Shown: in pieces, positions 25,725 through 35,048 of the stretch
Position numbering within the stretch: the first letter of the stretch is position 1
Layout: the number at the start of each line of letters is the position of its first letter
IMG/VR virus record: IMGVR_UViG_3300021197_001179
Coordinates: 372-64,371 of that record
Direction: 5' to 3' (one strand)
Length of the DNA: 64,000 nt
DNA from: a virus
Lineage: Duplodnaviria; Caudoviricetes
Translations under genes and position numbers: made by a program
Notes under the pieces: generated by a model
What the model saw: only the letters and a program-made list of their open reading frames with translations
Told to the model about the DNA's origin: nothing
Databases searched by the model: none

Positions 25725-27996
25725 TCACAGCCTAGAAATAGTTTACGATAGACCTGATAGCTATTTCGACAAGAAAGAAATAGAAAAGAAGTACGGAAGT
25801 TTAGAAAACTGGTACGCACAGAATGTTCGCTTCATATCAGCTCACTACAATATTGCATCTAATACAGATGAGACTGCAAGAGAGGGGAGAGAGGGTGTTA
25901 AGCGTTGGGCTGAGATGACTCCGGTTGATCAGATTATAAACAACTACCGATACTTTATGGGTACGCAAGAGAACTTCAACTTTGCGTATTTAACTGAAGA
26001 CGATAAAGGCGGTGAGCTTCCAGCTCCATACGTAAAAGGCGAGCAGATATTTGAGCTGATGGAGTATATGCGTGGTGGAATCAGAAAAGTTATTAATTCC
26101 TCTAAGATTTCAGTAGAAAGCCTAGACCCATCTAAAATCTCTAAGAAGATGGAGAAGGTTCAAATGATTAAATTGAAAAAAGACCTTGCTGAGTTCTTTA
26201 ACAAAATGCAGTCAGAATATGGCATGGGGTTTTTTCCAGAAGGCATTGGCAACGATGTTGATATGGATGAAGCTATTGAAAAGGTTATGAAGTCTCCAAT
26301 AGATGACATGGAGGAGTATGGTCTTGATTTAATTAACGATATAGTAAACAGAAACAGATTAAAGGACAAAATGATGAGAGCCTTTACTGACTGTGCTATT
26401 GGAAGGTACTGTGGTGTTTATGTAGATGAGATGCATGGCAGACCTTACACAGAGGTAATTCCACCATACAATCTTATACTTGACTTTGGAAACGACTCAG
26501 ACTATAATGAACAAGCAGAATTTGTAGGATGGGTTTCTTTTATGACACCAGAAGAGATTAGCTATCGGTACGACCTTACAGATGAAGAAAGAAGCTTAGT
26601 TAAAGATATGTCAATTACAGATCCTGGTATTGGATTTGAATTACTCAATCACTACAATGGAGGTAGCGGTTCAGATGTAGGTTTTAATTGGTGGGGAGGT
26701 CCTAACGGAAACAATTACAGACAAGTTGCAGTGGTAACTGGTTTTTGGATTACAGAAGTTCCGGAAGACAAAAAGGTAAAGAAAGACAAAAAGGGAGGGA
26801 AGAAAGCTGCACCTATTCATGGTAATGATTCTGAACGTTACACTTATCTTAGAATAGACAGGGCTACTATTATTGGTAATGCCATCATAACAGATTACGG
26901 TCAAGACTACAATGTGGTTTATGACTCTATGGACCCTAGCCGACCAATGCTCCCTGTACGTACATTCATTCCTAACATGATGATGGGGATGAATCGTTCT
27001 GTTGTTGACAGGATGAAGAAGCTACAGGATGACATTGATGCTTATGAATACAAGATACGTCAGAACATAGGTAAAGACCTTGGTAAGGTTTACTTGATAA
27101 ACGGACATAAACTTGGAGAGGGGGATACAGTAAGAGAACTTGTAGCCAACTTGAAGAAGTATGGTATGCACGTTACAGATGGTTCGGACGGAGAAGACCC
27201 TAACGTGCTTGATGGGCAAAGAATGGTTGAGACTGTTGACATGACGCTTGATCAAAACGTAATCCGTTACACGCAGTTGATTCAAGAGAAGGAACGTATG
27301 ATGAAAGAAATCATTAACGCTTCTAAGGTGTCTATGGGTCAATTGACAAGCTATGTTGGTTACGGATCACAACAACAATCTATTAGTCAGAATCAACTAG
27401 GGATGGCAACATTCTATGATGGCTTTATGACTTACTACACATACCTACTTCAGTATATAATCAACAAGGCTAAGATTATGTTGATGGATATGGATGGTGA
27501 AGAGGCTGCTGATGTTATGTTGTCTGAAGACGCTATAAAGTTCTTTAAGAACACTAGAGAATTTCAATTAGAAGACCTTATGGTTAAGGTTGACATTGAA
27601 GATGTAATTGATGATCAAGCCAGAACAAGACTACTTACTGTTGCTCAAGCTATGGCTCAAAATGTACAACAAACTGGTTTTGATTGGGATGACTACATTG
27701 AGCTTGAAACTGCACGTACTTATACTGAGTTGAAAGATAAGATGTCTATGAAGATTAAGAAGCGTAAGTTTAAGCAACAACAACAGCAACAAATGGCTAT
27801 GTTGCAGCAACAAGCTGAAGCCGAGAAGCAAAGACAGTTCGCAATGCAACAGCAGGAGATGGCAGAAGGCGGCAGAAACGCTAGAGAAGAAGCTAAACTT
27901 AGACAAAAATCAATGCAGCCCGTTGCTGATCAAGAGGCTCAAATAGTTGCAGATAAGCAGCGTCAAGAAGAAGGACTTGAAGGTCCGGCTGTATAG
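25708..27996 (+). CDS. portal protein
   Basis: 762 aa after terminase, SVVDRMKKLQD, Gln-rich C-terminal coiled coil. Confidence 0.85.
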   Translation: MILDNSHSLEIVYDRPDSYFDKKEIEKKYGSLENWYAQNVRFISAHYNIASNTDETAREGREGVKRWAEMTPVDQIINNYRYFMGTQENFNFAYLTEDDKGGELPAPYVKGEQIFELMEYMRGGIRKVINSSKISVESLDPSKISKKMEKVQMIKLKKDLAEFFNKMQSEYGMGFFPEGIGNDVDMDEAIEKVMKSPIDDMEEYGLDLINDIVNRNRLKDKMMRAFTDCAIGRYCGVYVDEMHGRPYTEVIPPYNLILDFGNDSDYNEQAEFVGWVSFMTPEEISYRYDLTDEERSLVKDMSITDPGIGFELLNHYNGGSGSDVGFNWWGGPNGNNYRQVAVVTGFWITEVPEDKKVKKDKKGGKKAAPIHGNDSERYTYLRIDRATIIGNAIITDYGQDYNVVYDSMDPSRPMLPVRTFIPNMMMGMNRSVVDRMKKLQDDIDAYEYKIRQNIGKDLGKVYLINGHKLGEGDTVRELVANLKKYGMHVTDGSDGEDPNVLDGQRMVETVDMTLDQNVIRYTQLIQEKERMMKEIINASKVSMGQLTSYVGYGSQQQSISQNQLGMATFYDGFMTYYTYLLQYIINKAKIMLMDMDGEEAADVMLSEDAIKFFKNTREFQLEDLMVKVDIEDVIDDQARTRLLTVAQAMAQNVQQTGFDWDDYIELETARTYTELKDKMSMKIKKRKFKQQQQQQMAMLQQQAEAEKQRQFAMQQQEMAEGGRNAREEAKLRQKSMQPVADQEAQIVADKQRQEEGLEGPAV

Positions 27997-28032
27997 TGTT
28001 GTAAATCAATAAATTATAATTAACTTTGTAAA

Positions 28033-29253
28033 ATGGAAGAAATTAAAGGAGACATTGTTATGGAAGATAGCAATGAAAACACGGAAGAACAAGTTGAGGA
28101 ACAAGTTGAGGAACAAGGTTCTTTGAATTATGATGTTGAAGTATCTCTTGAGGAAACTGAAGAGCAAGAGATTCTTGACAAGCTAATGGCTGACAATCCT
28201 GGCAAAGAGGAGTCTGACCTTACTGAGGACATTGAAAAACTCAAAGAGGAGACGCTTACCGCTAAGAGAGAACAGGCTGTTGAAGACCTCAAAAAAATTG
28301 ATGAGGTTAAGGCTCGTGAAGGAAATTCTGAGTTGTCTGATGAGGATGCTTGGGAGATTGCTCTAAAAGAAGAAGAGGAGTCTACTGCTAAAACGCAAGA
28401 GGATAATATCCTAAAAGACCCTTTCTCCGTAGAGAAAAAGACTGAAAGCACACCTCCTACACAGAGTAACGAACAGCAGTTGCAGGAAATGCAACAGAAA
28501 GTATCTCAAGCAGAAGCTGTATTACAAGACCCATTGATTGATGGGTATCTAAAGTTCAAGCAATCTGGGAATGGTAGCTTCAGAGAATATTTAAAGTCTT
28601 TTGAGCTGGACAAGGATTACGATGCTATGCCCGACAAGAAATTGTACGAGATGTCAATTAAAAGGCTAGATCTTACAGAAGAAGAACTTGAATACGAAAT
28701 GGATAGGTTTGAAGACCTTTCTCCAGTTCAAAGAAAGTTGGAGGCTCGTAAGATGAGGGCAGAGTTAAAAGCAGAGCAAGAAGATAGAATAAAGAATGTT
28801 GCATTTGACAATTCTCAGCAATCAGCAGAGAAACAAAAGCAAATGCAAGAGATGCAGAAACAGAATCACGAAAAATTCGTGGGACTTACAAAGTCTATGG
28901 CTGGAAAAGGTTATTACGGTTTAAATCTTACCGAAGAAATGACCAAGCAAATCCATGACCATGTAGTCTCCGGCAAAATAGGCTTCATCAATACAGATGG
29001 TACTGTGAATGTCAACAAGATGTTTGACTTTGCTGCTTGGGAATTATTTAAGAAGGATGTCCTTCAGAATAAAGTTCATCAAGGCAAGGTCAAAGGTCAA
29101 ACGGCAGAGTTTGTCAAACGTGCTGCTCCGAAGAGAACGGGTTTAAAAACCACAAGAGTAGGAGGCAAATCAAATGACTACAACGCATACTTGAAAGCTA
29201 GAGGTGATGCCGCAGGAAGAAGAGGGGTGAGTAATGGGAATATTACTCTTTGA
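28033..29253 (+). CDS. scaffold-like protein
   Basis: acidic coiled-coil protein between portal and capsid; TAACTTTG box 4 nt before ATG. Confidence 0.7.
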   Translation: MEEIKGDIVMEDSNENTEEQVEEQVEEQGSLNYDVEVSLEETEEQEILDKLMADNPGKEESDLTEDIEKLKEETLTAKREQAVEDLKKIDEVKAREGNSELSDEDAWEIALKEEEESTAKTQEDNILKDPFSVEKKTESTPPTQSNEQQLQEMQQKVSQAEAVLQDPLIDGYLKFKQSGNGSFREYLKSFELDKDYDAMPDKKLYEMSIKRLDLTEEELEYEMDRFEDLSPVQRKLEARKMRAELKAEQEDRIKNVAFDNSQQSAEKQKQMQEMQKQNHEKFVGLTKSMAGKGYYGLNLTEEMTKQIHDHVVSGKIGFINTDGTVNVNKMFDFAAWELFKKDVLQNKVHQGKVKGQTAEFVKRAAPKRTGLKTTRVGGKSNDYNAYLKARGDAAGRRGVSNGNITL

Positions 29254-29278
29254 TAATTTTTAATTAAACACATTTAAA

Positions 29279-30646
29279 ATGGCACAAACTAGTCCATTAA
29301 ACGTAGCAGATAACTTGACCATACGGTCATTGTCTGACCGTAACGATTTCCGAAATGTGTATGATCTTTCAGGAGGTTATAACAAATTCGGAATGATTGT
29401 CAACGTGCTTAACATGCCTTTCGGTGGTGGTAAGCAGTTTGACACAGATAGATATGAGAAGTCAGTAATGGGTCGTGGACACGTTATTGCTCAAATATCT
29501 GCACAGGCTGCTCCAGTTGGAACTACTATGGTTCTTTCTCTTGCTCCTCAAGGAACTCCTCCAGCACCAGTTGACTCTTTCAGAGTTGGTGACGTTGTAG
29601 TTGCTGCTGATCACAGTGTATCCGGAAAGGTTATAGCTACTGTTCCTGGGTCAATCACAATTGAGGCTACTGAGTCTACCATTGCTAACATGCAAACTGC
29701 ATTTGCTGTTAATGCTTATGTTAAGGTTCTTGGCGATAGCTCTCCAAACTTCTACTCTGACGGAAAATCTCCTCTATATGAGTTCCCAGAGTTGATTTAC
29801 AACCGTTCTGCTGTCAAGCGTGATACTTACTTAGCTTCTCGTAGAGAGAACATCAAGTCTCGTATCTACTACAAAGATAAGTTTTGGGGTGATGCACAAC
29901 TAGACCTTATGGTTCAGCGATTCCTTCGTCAGATGGAAAAGCAAATGTTGTTCTCTAACCTTGCTAACTTTACATCTCAAGTAGGCGGAGAAACTGACTT
30001 GAACGGTGGTGTAAGATGGTCTATCATCAACAGAGGTGGTGAGTACCTTCCACTTGCTTCTGCTTTGACTCAAGCTCAGTTCGACAACTTCCTTGCTAAC
30101 GTGTGGTCTCGTAAGGCATCTCGTACTACTCCATTGACATTGTTCATGGGTCGTGGTATGATGCAGCACATTCAGCGTACTTTTACTGATGGTTACATCA
30201 CTAACGCTGGTTCTTACAACACATTCGGTGGCACTGAAGTTAAGGGTATTGACGTTCGTACTTACTCTATCGCTGGTGTTGACGTTGGTTTTGTAGAGCT
30301 TCCAGTATTGAATGATACTGAGTTCTTCCCAGAATTGACTACGGTTGCTGGATTGTCTAATCCTTACCGTCAGCAGCATACACTATTCGCTCTTGATCTT
30401 GATCCAATTGAGGTTAAAGGTGGTGGTCTTGCTCCTGCTATTGAGAAAATCTTCCGAGGTCCTTCTGAGTTCTACGCTGGTTACATTAAGGGCATGGCTG
30501 ATGCTGGAGTCCCAACTGCTGAGAACTTTAAAGATTACTCAGTTGATATCGTAAGTTCAGTTGATGCTCACAGATGTGATGTAATGGCTGACAACGGAAT
30601 CGACATGATCGGTAAGTTCTCTGGAATGATTGAATTGATAGCTTAA
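29279..30646 (+). CDS. major capsid protein
   Basis: 455 aa, position, strongly biased codons, RQMEKQMLFS..GGVRWSI. Confidence 0.85.
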   Translation: MAQTSPLNVADNLTIRSLSDRNDFRNVYDLSGGYNKFGMIVNVLNMPFGGGKQFDTDRYEKSVMGRGHVIAQISAQAAPVGTTMVLSLAPQGTPPAPVDSFRVGDVVVAADHSVSGKVIATVPGSITIEATESTIANMQTAFAVNAYVKVLGDSSPNFYSDGKSPLYEFPELIYNRSAVKRDTYLASRRENIKSRIYYKDKFWGDAQLDLMVQRFLRQMEKQMLFSNLANFTSQVGGETDLNGGVRWSIINRGGEYLPLASALTQAQFDNFLANVWSRKASRTTPLTLFMGRGMMQHIQRTFTDGYITNAGSYNTFGGTEVKGIDVRTYSIAGVDVGFVELPVLNDTEFFPELTTVAGLSNPYRQQHTLFALDLDPIEVKGGGLAPAIEKIFRGPSEFYAGYIKGMADAGVPTAENFKDYSVDIVSSVDAHRCDVMADNGIDMIGKFSGMIELIA

Positions 30647-30673
30647 TTTATAATCTTTTAATACTTAGAAAAA

Positions 30674-31429
30674 ATGAATAAAGATATCGAAATCGTTTTA
30701 AATACAACAGACGTTGTTGCTGCTGCATTTGACGTAGCTGATGGTATTGTTACAGTAGACTCCTTTTCATTCCCTTGGAAGAAAATACAAAGGATGCGAG
30801 AAGCTACTGCTGTCAACGCTGCAACTGGTTTAATTACCGTAACTCCTGCTACACCTACTCTTGGACTTGAGTACAGATTTACTCTTGTTCAGTATGTAGC
30901 TGATGCTCGTAGAGAAGTAGCTGTTAGTTATACTGCTGACGCTGCTGACGTAGCGGCTGGTGTTAATAGCATTGTAACCAAATTAAAAACACTGATTACT
31001 GCTTACGTTAGTGGCGGAAGTCTTGATGTTACTTTTGGTGGAAGTGCTTCAACTGTTCAGATTTACTCAACATTAACTAATCCTTTGATTAACATTGGTG
31101 GGCTTCTTAATGCTACTGCTACTCCTGCTTTAGCTGGAACTGCTGGCGTTAACATGGGAGCAATCCTTGCATCTGAAGGTGTTGTAGATTCTTTTGACGC
31201 AACAGCTCCTACATCAGGTCTATTGTACACTTCCTTTACGTTTGAACTAATGTTGCCAAAAGGTTACGGAGGTATTAATCATCAAACGGATGATCAAGCT
31301 GTAAATTTAGTTCTATACTTAGACGAAGGTGGAACAGCGTTTACTGCTTTAAGAGATGAAATTAGAGAGGTTGCTGCTGGTAAAGATCCAGACGGAACAG
31401 CAGCAGAAGAAATCCTTGGACAGGACTAA
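30674..31429 (+). CDS. auxiliary capsid/decoration protein
   Basis: Ala/Thr/Val-rich, follows capsid gene, biased codons. Confidence 0.6.
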   Translation: MNKDIEIVLNTTDVVAAAFDVADGIVTVDSFSFPWKKIQRMREATAVNAATGLITVTPATPTLGLEYRFTLVQYVADARREVAVSYTADAADVAAGVNSIVTKLKTLITAYVSGGSLDVTFGGSASTVQIYSTLTNPLINIGGLLNATATPALAGTAGVNMGAILASEGVVDSFDATAPTSGLLYTSFTFELMLPKGYGGINHQTDDQAVNLVLYLDEGGTAFTALRDEIREVAAGKDPDGTAAEEILGQD

Positions 31430-31455
31430 TCGCTAAGACTAATCAGTTAATTTTA

Positions 31456-31488
31456 AGAAGAGGTGGCATTTTGTCACCTCTTTTTTTT
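31456..31488 (+). terminator. intrinsic terminator
   Basis: AAGAGGTGGC-ATTTT-GTCACCTCTT plus T run; TATATTTG box follows immediately. Confidence 0.8.
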
Positions 31489-31514
31489 ATATTTGATTCC
31501 TAACAAAAAGGAAA

Positions 31515-32441
31515 ATGAAAGAAATAGCAATCATAAGACCTAAAGAACTTAGTAACGTAAAACAAGCGATTACCCTTAGTTCTACTTATAATTTAAGGGG
31601 TAAGGAATACTCTCTCAGCCAACACGGAGAGGTTAGAGCTGGAAACATAGAGTCTAACAGAGGTGATTTAAGATTTGACGGAGTTACCACTCAAAAATCT
31701 ATTCAGGCAAACTCATATTCTGAAATAGAAGATGAAATTGAATTTTGGTTAAGCCATCCTCTTGTTGAGAATGTTAATGGCGATAAAAAAAATACAGCCA
31801 AGTTCTCTATTGAAATACTAGAGGAAACTAAGTCTAAGAAGCGTTCTAAGACCGTTAACATCAATAAGGTTATCTCTACGGTTTATGGCATGTCTGAGGC
31901 GCAGAGAAAGGATGTAATGTACTTTTTTAAGCAAGACCCACGAGAGATGTCTGATGATGACATTAAGTTGGTTTTAGTAGACATTAGTGAAGGCATCCTT
32001 ATTAGAGAGCCTAATAGCACCAGGTTTATCGAAACCTTTGGCTCCTTGAGTAAATCAAGTGTAGCAGAAAGGGTTGAGATGATGGTTTATGTCAACAAGG
32101 GCATAGCTACTAGCTTTGTTACTGAAGATGCAGACAAGTTCTACATCGGTGATGTTCTTATCGGTAAGGATGAGGATGACATCGCATTGTTCTTCAAGGA
32201 CAATCCACAGATGTATGATAATCTTGTCCGGTCATTGGCTGAAGGAGGAGATGAGACCGCATACAATGAAGCTCACGAAGAAGAGGCAACAGATGAGGAA
32301 ACTCCATTTGCAGTAAGAATAAAGTGGGAAAAGTTGTACAAGAAGTACAAAATGAAAGGAAAGTTTCCTGCTGACTTAGAGAAGGCTATTGATCGCATCA
32401 ATGCTTACGAAAAAAAGAATGGATTGACTATAAGTGAGTAA
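31515..32441 (+). CDS. hypothetical morphogenesis-region protein
   Basis: 308 aa in the position of the crAss-like post-capsid gene. Confidence 0.65.
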   Translation: MKEIAIIRPKELSNVKQAITLSSTYNLRGKEYSLSQHGEVRAGNIESNRGDLRFDGVTTQKSIQANSYSEIEDEIEFWLSHPLVENVNGDKKNTAKFSIEILEETKSKKRSKTVNINKVISTVYGMSEAQRKDVMYFFKQDPREMSDDDIKLVLVDISEGILIREPNSTRFIETFGSLSKSSVAERVEMMVYVNKGIATSFVTEDADKFYIGDVLIGKDEDDIALFFKDNPQMYDNLVRSLAEGGDETAYNEAHEEEATDEETPFAVRIKWEKLYKKYKMKGKFPADLEKAIDRINAYEKKNGLTISE

Positions 32442-32461
32442 TCAACCTTCTATCTTACTAT

Positions 32462-32495
32462 AAAGCCCTGACCTAACGGTTGGGGCTTTCTTTTT
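32462..32495 (+). terminator. intrinsic terminator
   Basis: AAAGCCCTGACC-TAAC-GGTTGGGGCTTT plus T run. Confidence 0.8.
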
Positions 32496-32526
32496 ATGTG
32501 TCCATAACAATGCGTATCTTTGCTAT

Positions 32527-33624
32527 ATGACTACAGGATTAGATCTTTCAAAACTATTCGATGATAAGATCGATAATAGTTACTCAGACTACGTAAGTGT
32601 TGAAAAGAAGCAGAGAGCCTTTGACAACGCATTCCTGCGTATCATAGAGAACAAGTATCGTGGAATGGACACTCAGAAAGAGTTTGATGAGTTGTCTGAG
32701 TTAATCGTTATTGACAAAGAGTTCGACATCAACAACAATAGGTTTAGAACGGTAGACGTTCCTGTTTCTTCTGTTATTACAGGTGCTACAACTACATTCG
32801 ACTTTGGTGCTGAACATAATCTAATTGTTGGAGATACATTTGTTGTATCAGATACTGTTGGTGGTACAGACGTAAACGAAACATTTGTAGTTGCAACTGC
32901 ACCTACACCAACTAGGGTTACTTCCACCACGATTTTTACATCAGGAACAGTAACTGCTAACACAGGTTCTGTTTCATACAGCAAGATGCTGTCAGACTAT
33001 CTACACCTCCTGGCAATGAAGTGTCGCATGTACACCAATGCTGCTGGAGATGATGTCTATAGGATGTATAATGGTACTCCAGGGATAATAGAGTTCTTTA
33101 CTCCGGTAACCTTGAGAGATGGCGAGAGAATACTAATCACCGAATTAGGTGTGAATATGGATTTACCTCTTGTAAATACCGAGGCATATGTTAAAAGAGT
33201 CTCTGAGTTTAAATACAAATTGTATTCTGATGAGCATCTAACAACTGGAGTTCAGGTGCAGGGCATCTACTCTAGCGGAACTGTTGTCAAGGAGATTGAA
33301 TATGAGTACGGAAAGTACTACCAAAGTGACAGAAGAATCTCTGAGTTAGGACTTCCAACAATTGAGAAGCCTAAGTATAATCAAAGTGAGAACTTTTTTA
33401 AGGTGTTCCCCGAAGAGCATAATTGCGACAAGGTTACAGTTGACTACGTTAGGAAGCCTTCTGTGACTGTTCTAGTGGGAGATGACACACAAGATCTTGA
33501 GTTGTATTACAGTGAGACATTGCTTTATCGTTTGACTGACGAGGCTGTTAAGATGTTCTACCAAGAAACAAGAGACCCTAATCAGTATATGGTTGCTGAC
33601 AAAGAAATGATTGACAACCCATAA
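32527..33624 (+). CDS. tail ring/adaptor protein with inserted beta modules
   Basis: DELSELIV, VDYVRKP, HNLIVGDTFVVS module; position. Confidence 0.65.
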   Translation: MTTGLDLSKLFDDKIDNSYSDYVSVEKKQRAFDNAFLRIIENKYRGMDTQKEFDELSELIVIDKEFDINNNRFRTVDVPVSSVITGATTTFDFGAEHNLIVGDTFVVSDTVGGTDVNETFVVATAPTPTRVTSTTIFTSGTVTANTGSVSYSKMLSDYLHLLAMKCRMYTNAAGDDVYRMYNGTPGIIEFFTPVTLRDGERILITELGVNMDLPLVNTEAYVKRVSEFKYKLYSDEHLTTGVQVQGIYSSGTVVKEIEYEYGKYYQSDRRISELGLPTIEKPKYNQSENFFKVFPEEHNCDKVTVDYVRKPSVTVLVGDDTQDLELYYSETLLYRLTDEAVKMFYQETRDPNQYMVADKEMIDNP

Positions 33625-33705
33625 TGGTTAGTACTACAATGGTGATGTTTGAATGGGAAATAGATATTACCGATGACTACATTGATGAAATAATATACGA
33701 ATACC

Positions 33706-34365
33706 TTGAAGACTAAAGAATGCATAGAATTGATACAACTCGCTGATGAGGGAGGTGTATTCACCGATGAGTCTCGTTACGACATAGGGACTATGATTGC
33801 AGTTTTAAATGCTGCTAGAGGTTTTGCTATTACAGAATTGCACAAGCAGAACAATCGTATTCATCCTAGTTTCTTGCAGAGGGTCTATCCGGAGTACAAA
33901 AAAGAGTTGCAGCAGGATGATTGCTATACCCTGTTTGAGGTTCCTAAGACGGTTGGCATAAATAACCAAATCGATGGGCTTATGTATGTTGGAACGATTG
34001 ACGGGAAGAACTCTTTCTGGAAGATACGTACACGTATGCAAGCTAACTCAAGAAGAAATCACAGGATTCATAGCATTGCAATGGATAAACACGTACACTT
34101 CTTGTATGACAACACAAGAGGATATTTGGAGGTGTATGACGATAAAGTAAAGTACATATTGGTAGAGGGGATATTTGGAGACCCTACGTCAATACCGGGC
34201 TTCAACTTGGAGGAGGATGATTACCCCATCACAATGGACGCTATGAAGCGCATTGAGGATATGGTAAGAACAGGAACAATAAGAGATGTACTTAGGGTTC
34301 CTATTAATAAAATATCCAACTCTGCTGAAGATTCAAATGTTCAGCGTGACATCAAGACGAAATGA
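33706..34365 (+). CDS. tail ring protein
   Basis: ILVEGIFGDP..EDDYPIT; TTG start. Confidence 0.65.
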   Translation: MKTKECIELIQLADEGGVFTDESRYDIGTMIAVLNAARGFAITELHKQNNRIHPSFLQRVYPEYKKELQQDDCYTLFEVPKTVGINNQIDGLMYVGTIDGKNSFWKIRTRMQANSRRNHRIHSIAMDKHVHFLYDNTRGYLEVYDDKVKYILVEGIFGDPTSIPGFNLEEDDYPITMDAMKRIEDMVRTGTIRDVLRVPINKISNSAEDSNVQRDIKTK

Positions 34366-35048
34366 TTGAAGTAGGTAAATATAGCATTGTAAGCCTACAG
34401 GATGCTGTAGAGTCTGCAAAGGAGATGCTACGCATTCAGGATACAACAGAATTTGACGGGTTCCTATTGCGTAAGGCTGACGAAGCAATGAGGCACGTAG
34501 GTGACCTTACAACGTATGTAAAGAGGGTTTGCACCCTTTCTGTAGTTGATGGTAGAGCAAAGCTCCCTATGGGCTTTATTCGGCTTCTAGGGGTAAGGAT
34601 GTCTGATTCAAACGGAAACTGTTTTGACCAGCCTTACCTGGATCTTGCATTTATAACTGATTGCGGTTGTGACACTACAGCTACCAATGGTAATTCATAC
34701 CATGAGGTATTTGAAGTTCAGGACGGCTATATTGTATTTCATAACCCCAATGACCTTTCTGCTTCAGAGATTAAATTAGCTTATCTTTCTAGAAGTGTAG
34801 ATGACGATGGACTGATGCTAATGTCTGAAAGACATGAAAGAGGTGTTGAAGCCTACTTGTGTTATCACTTTACACTTTCTTTCTTTGAAAGATTTCCGGT
34901 AAATATTCGGCAAGAGTATCAGAGAATATGGAAGAACCAAAAGCAACATTTAAAAGGAATGGCTCAGAGAGAGCGTTTTGAGGAGAACAAGCGAGAAATC
35001 GCTGCTGTCTTAAACGCTTGGATAACATCTGACAGAAACGATAGATAA
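34362..35048 (+). CDS. tail ring protein
   Basis: GRAKLP, IKLAYLSRSVDDDGL. Confidence 0.65.
   Translation: MIEVGKYSIVSLQDAVESAKEMLRIQDTTEFDGFLLRKADEAMRHVGDLTTYVKRVCTLSVVDGRAKLPMGFIRLLGVRMSDSNGNCFDQPYLDLAFITDCGCDTTATNGNSYHEVFEVQDGYIVFHNPNDLSASEIKLAYLSRSVDDDGLMLMSERHERGVEAYLCYHFTLSFFERFPVNIRQEYQRIWKNQKQHLKGMAQRERFEENKREIAAVLNAWITSDRNDR

Noticed and set aside
23614-30646. Introns or inteins in terminase or capsid genes
   Set aside because: ORFs are uninterrupted, of normal size, and lack splicing or LAGLIDADG motifs
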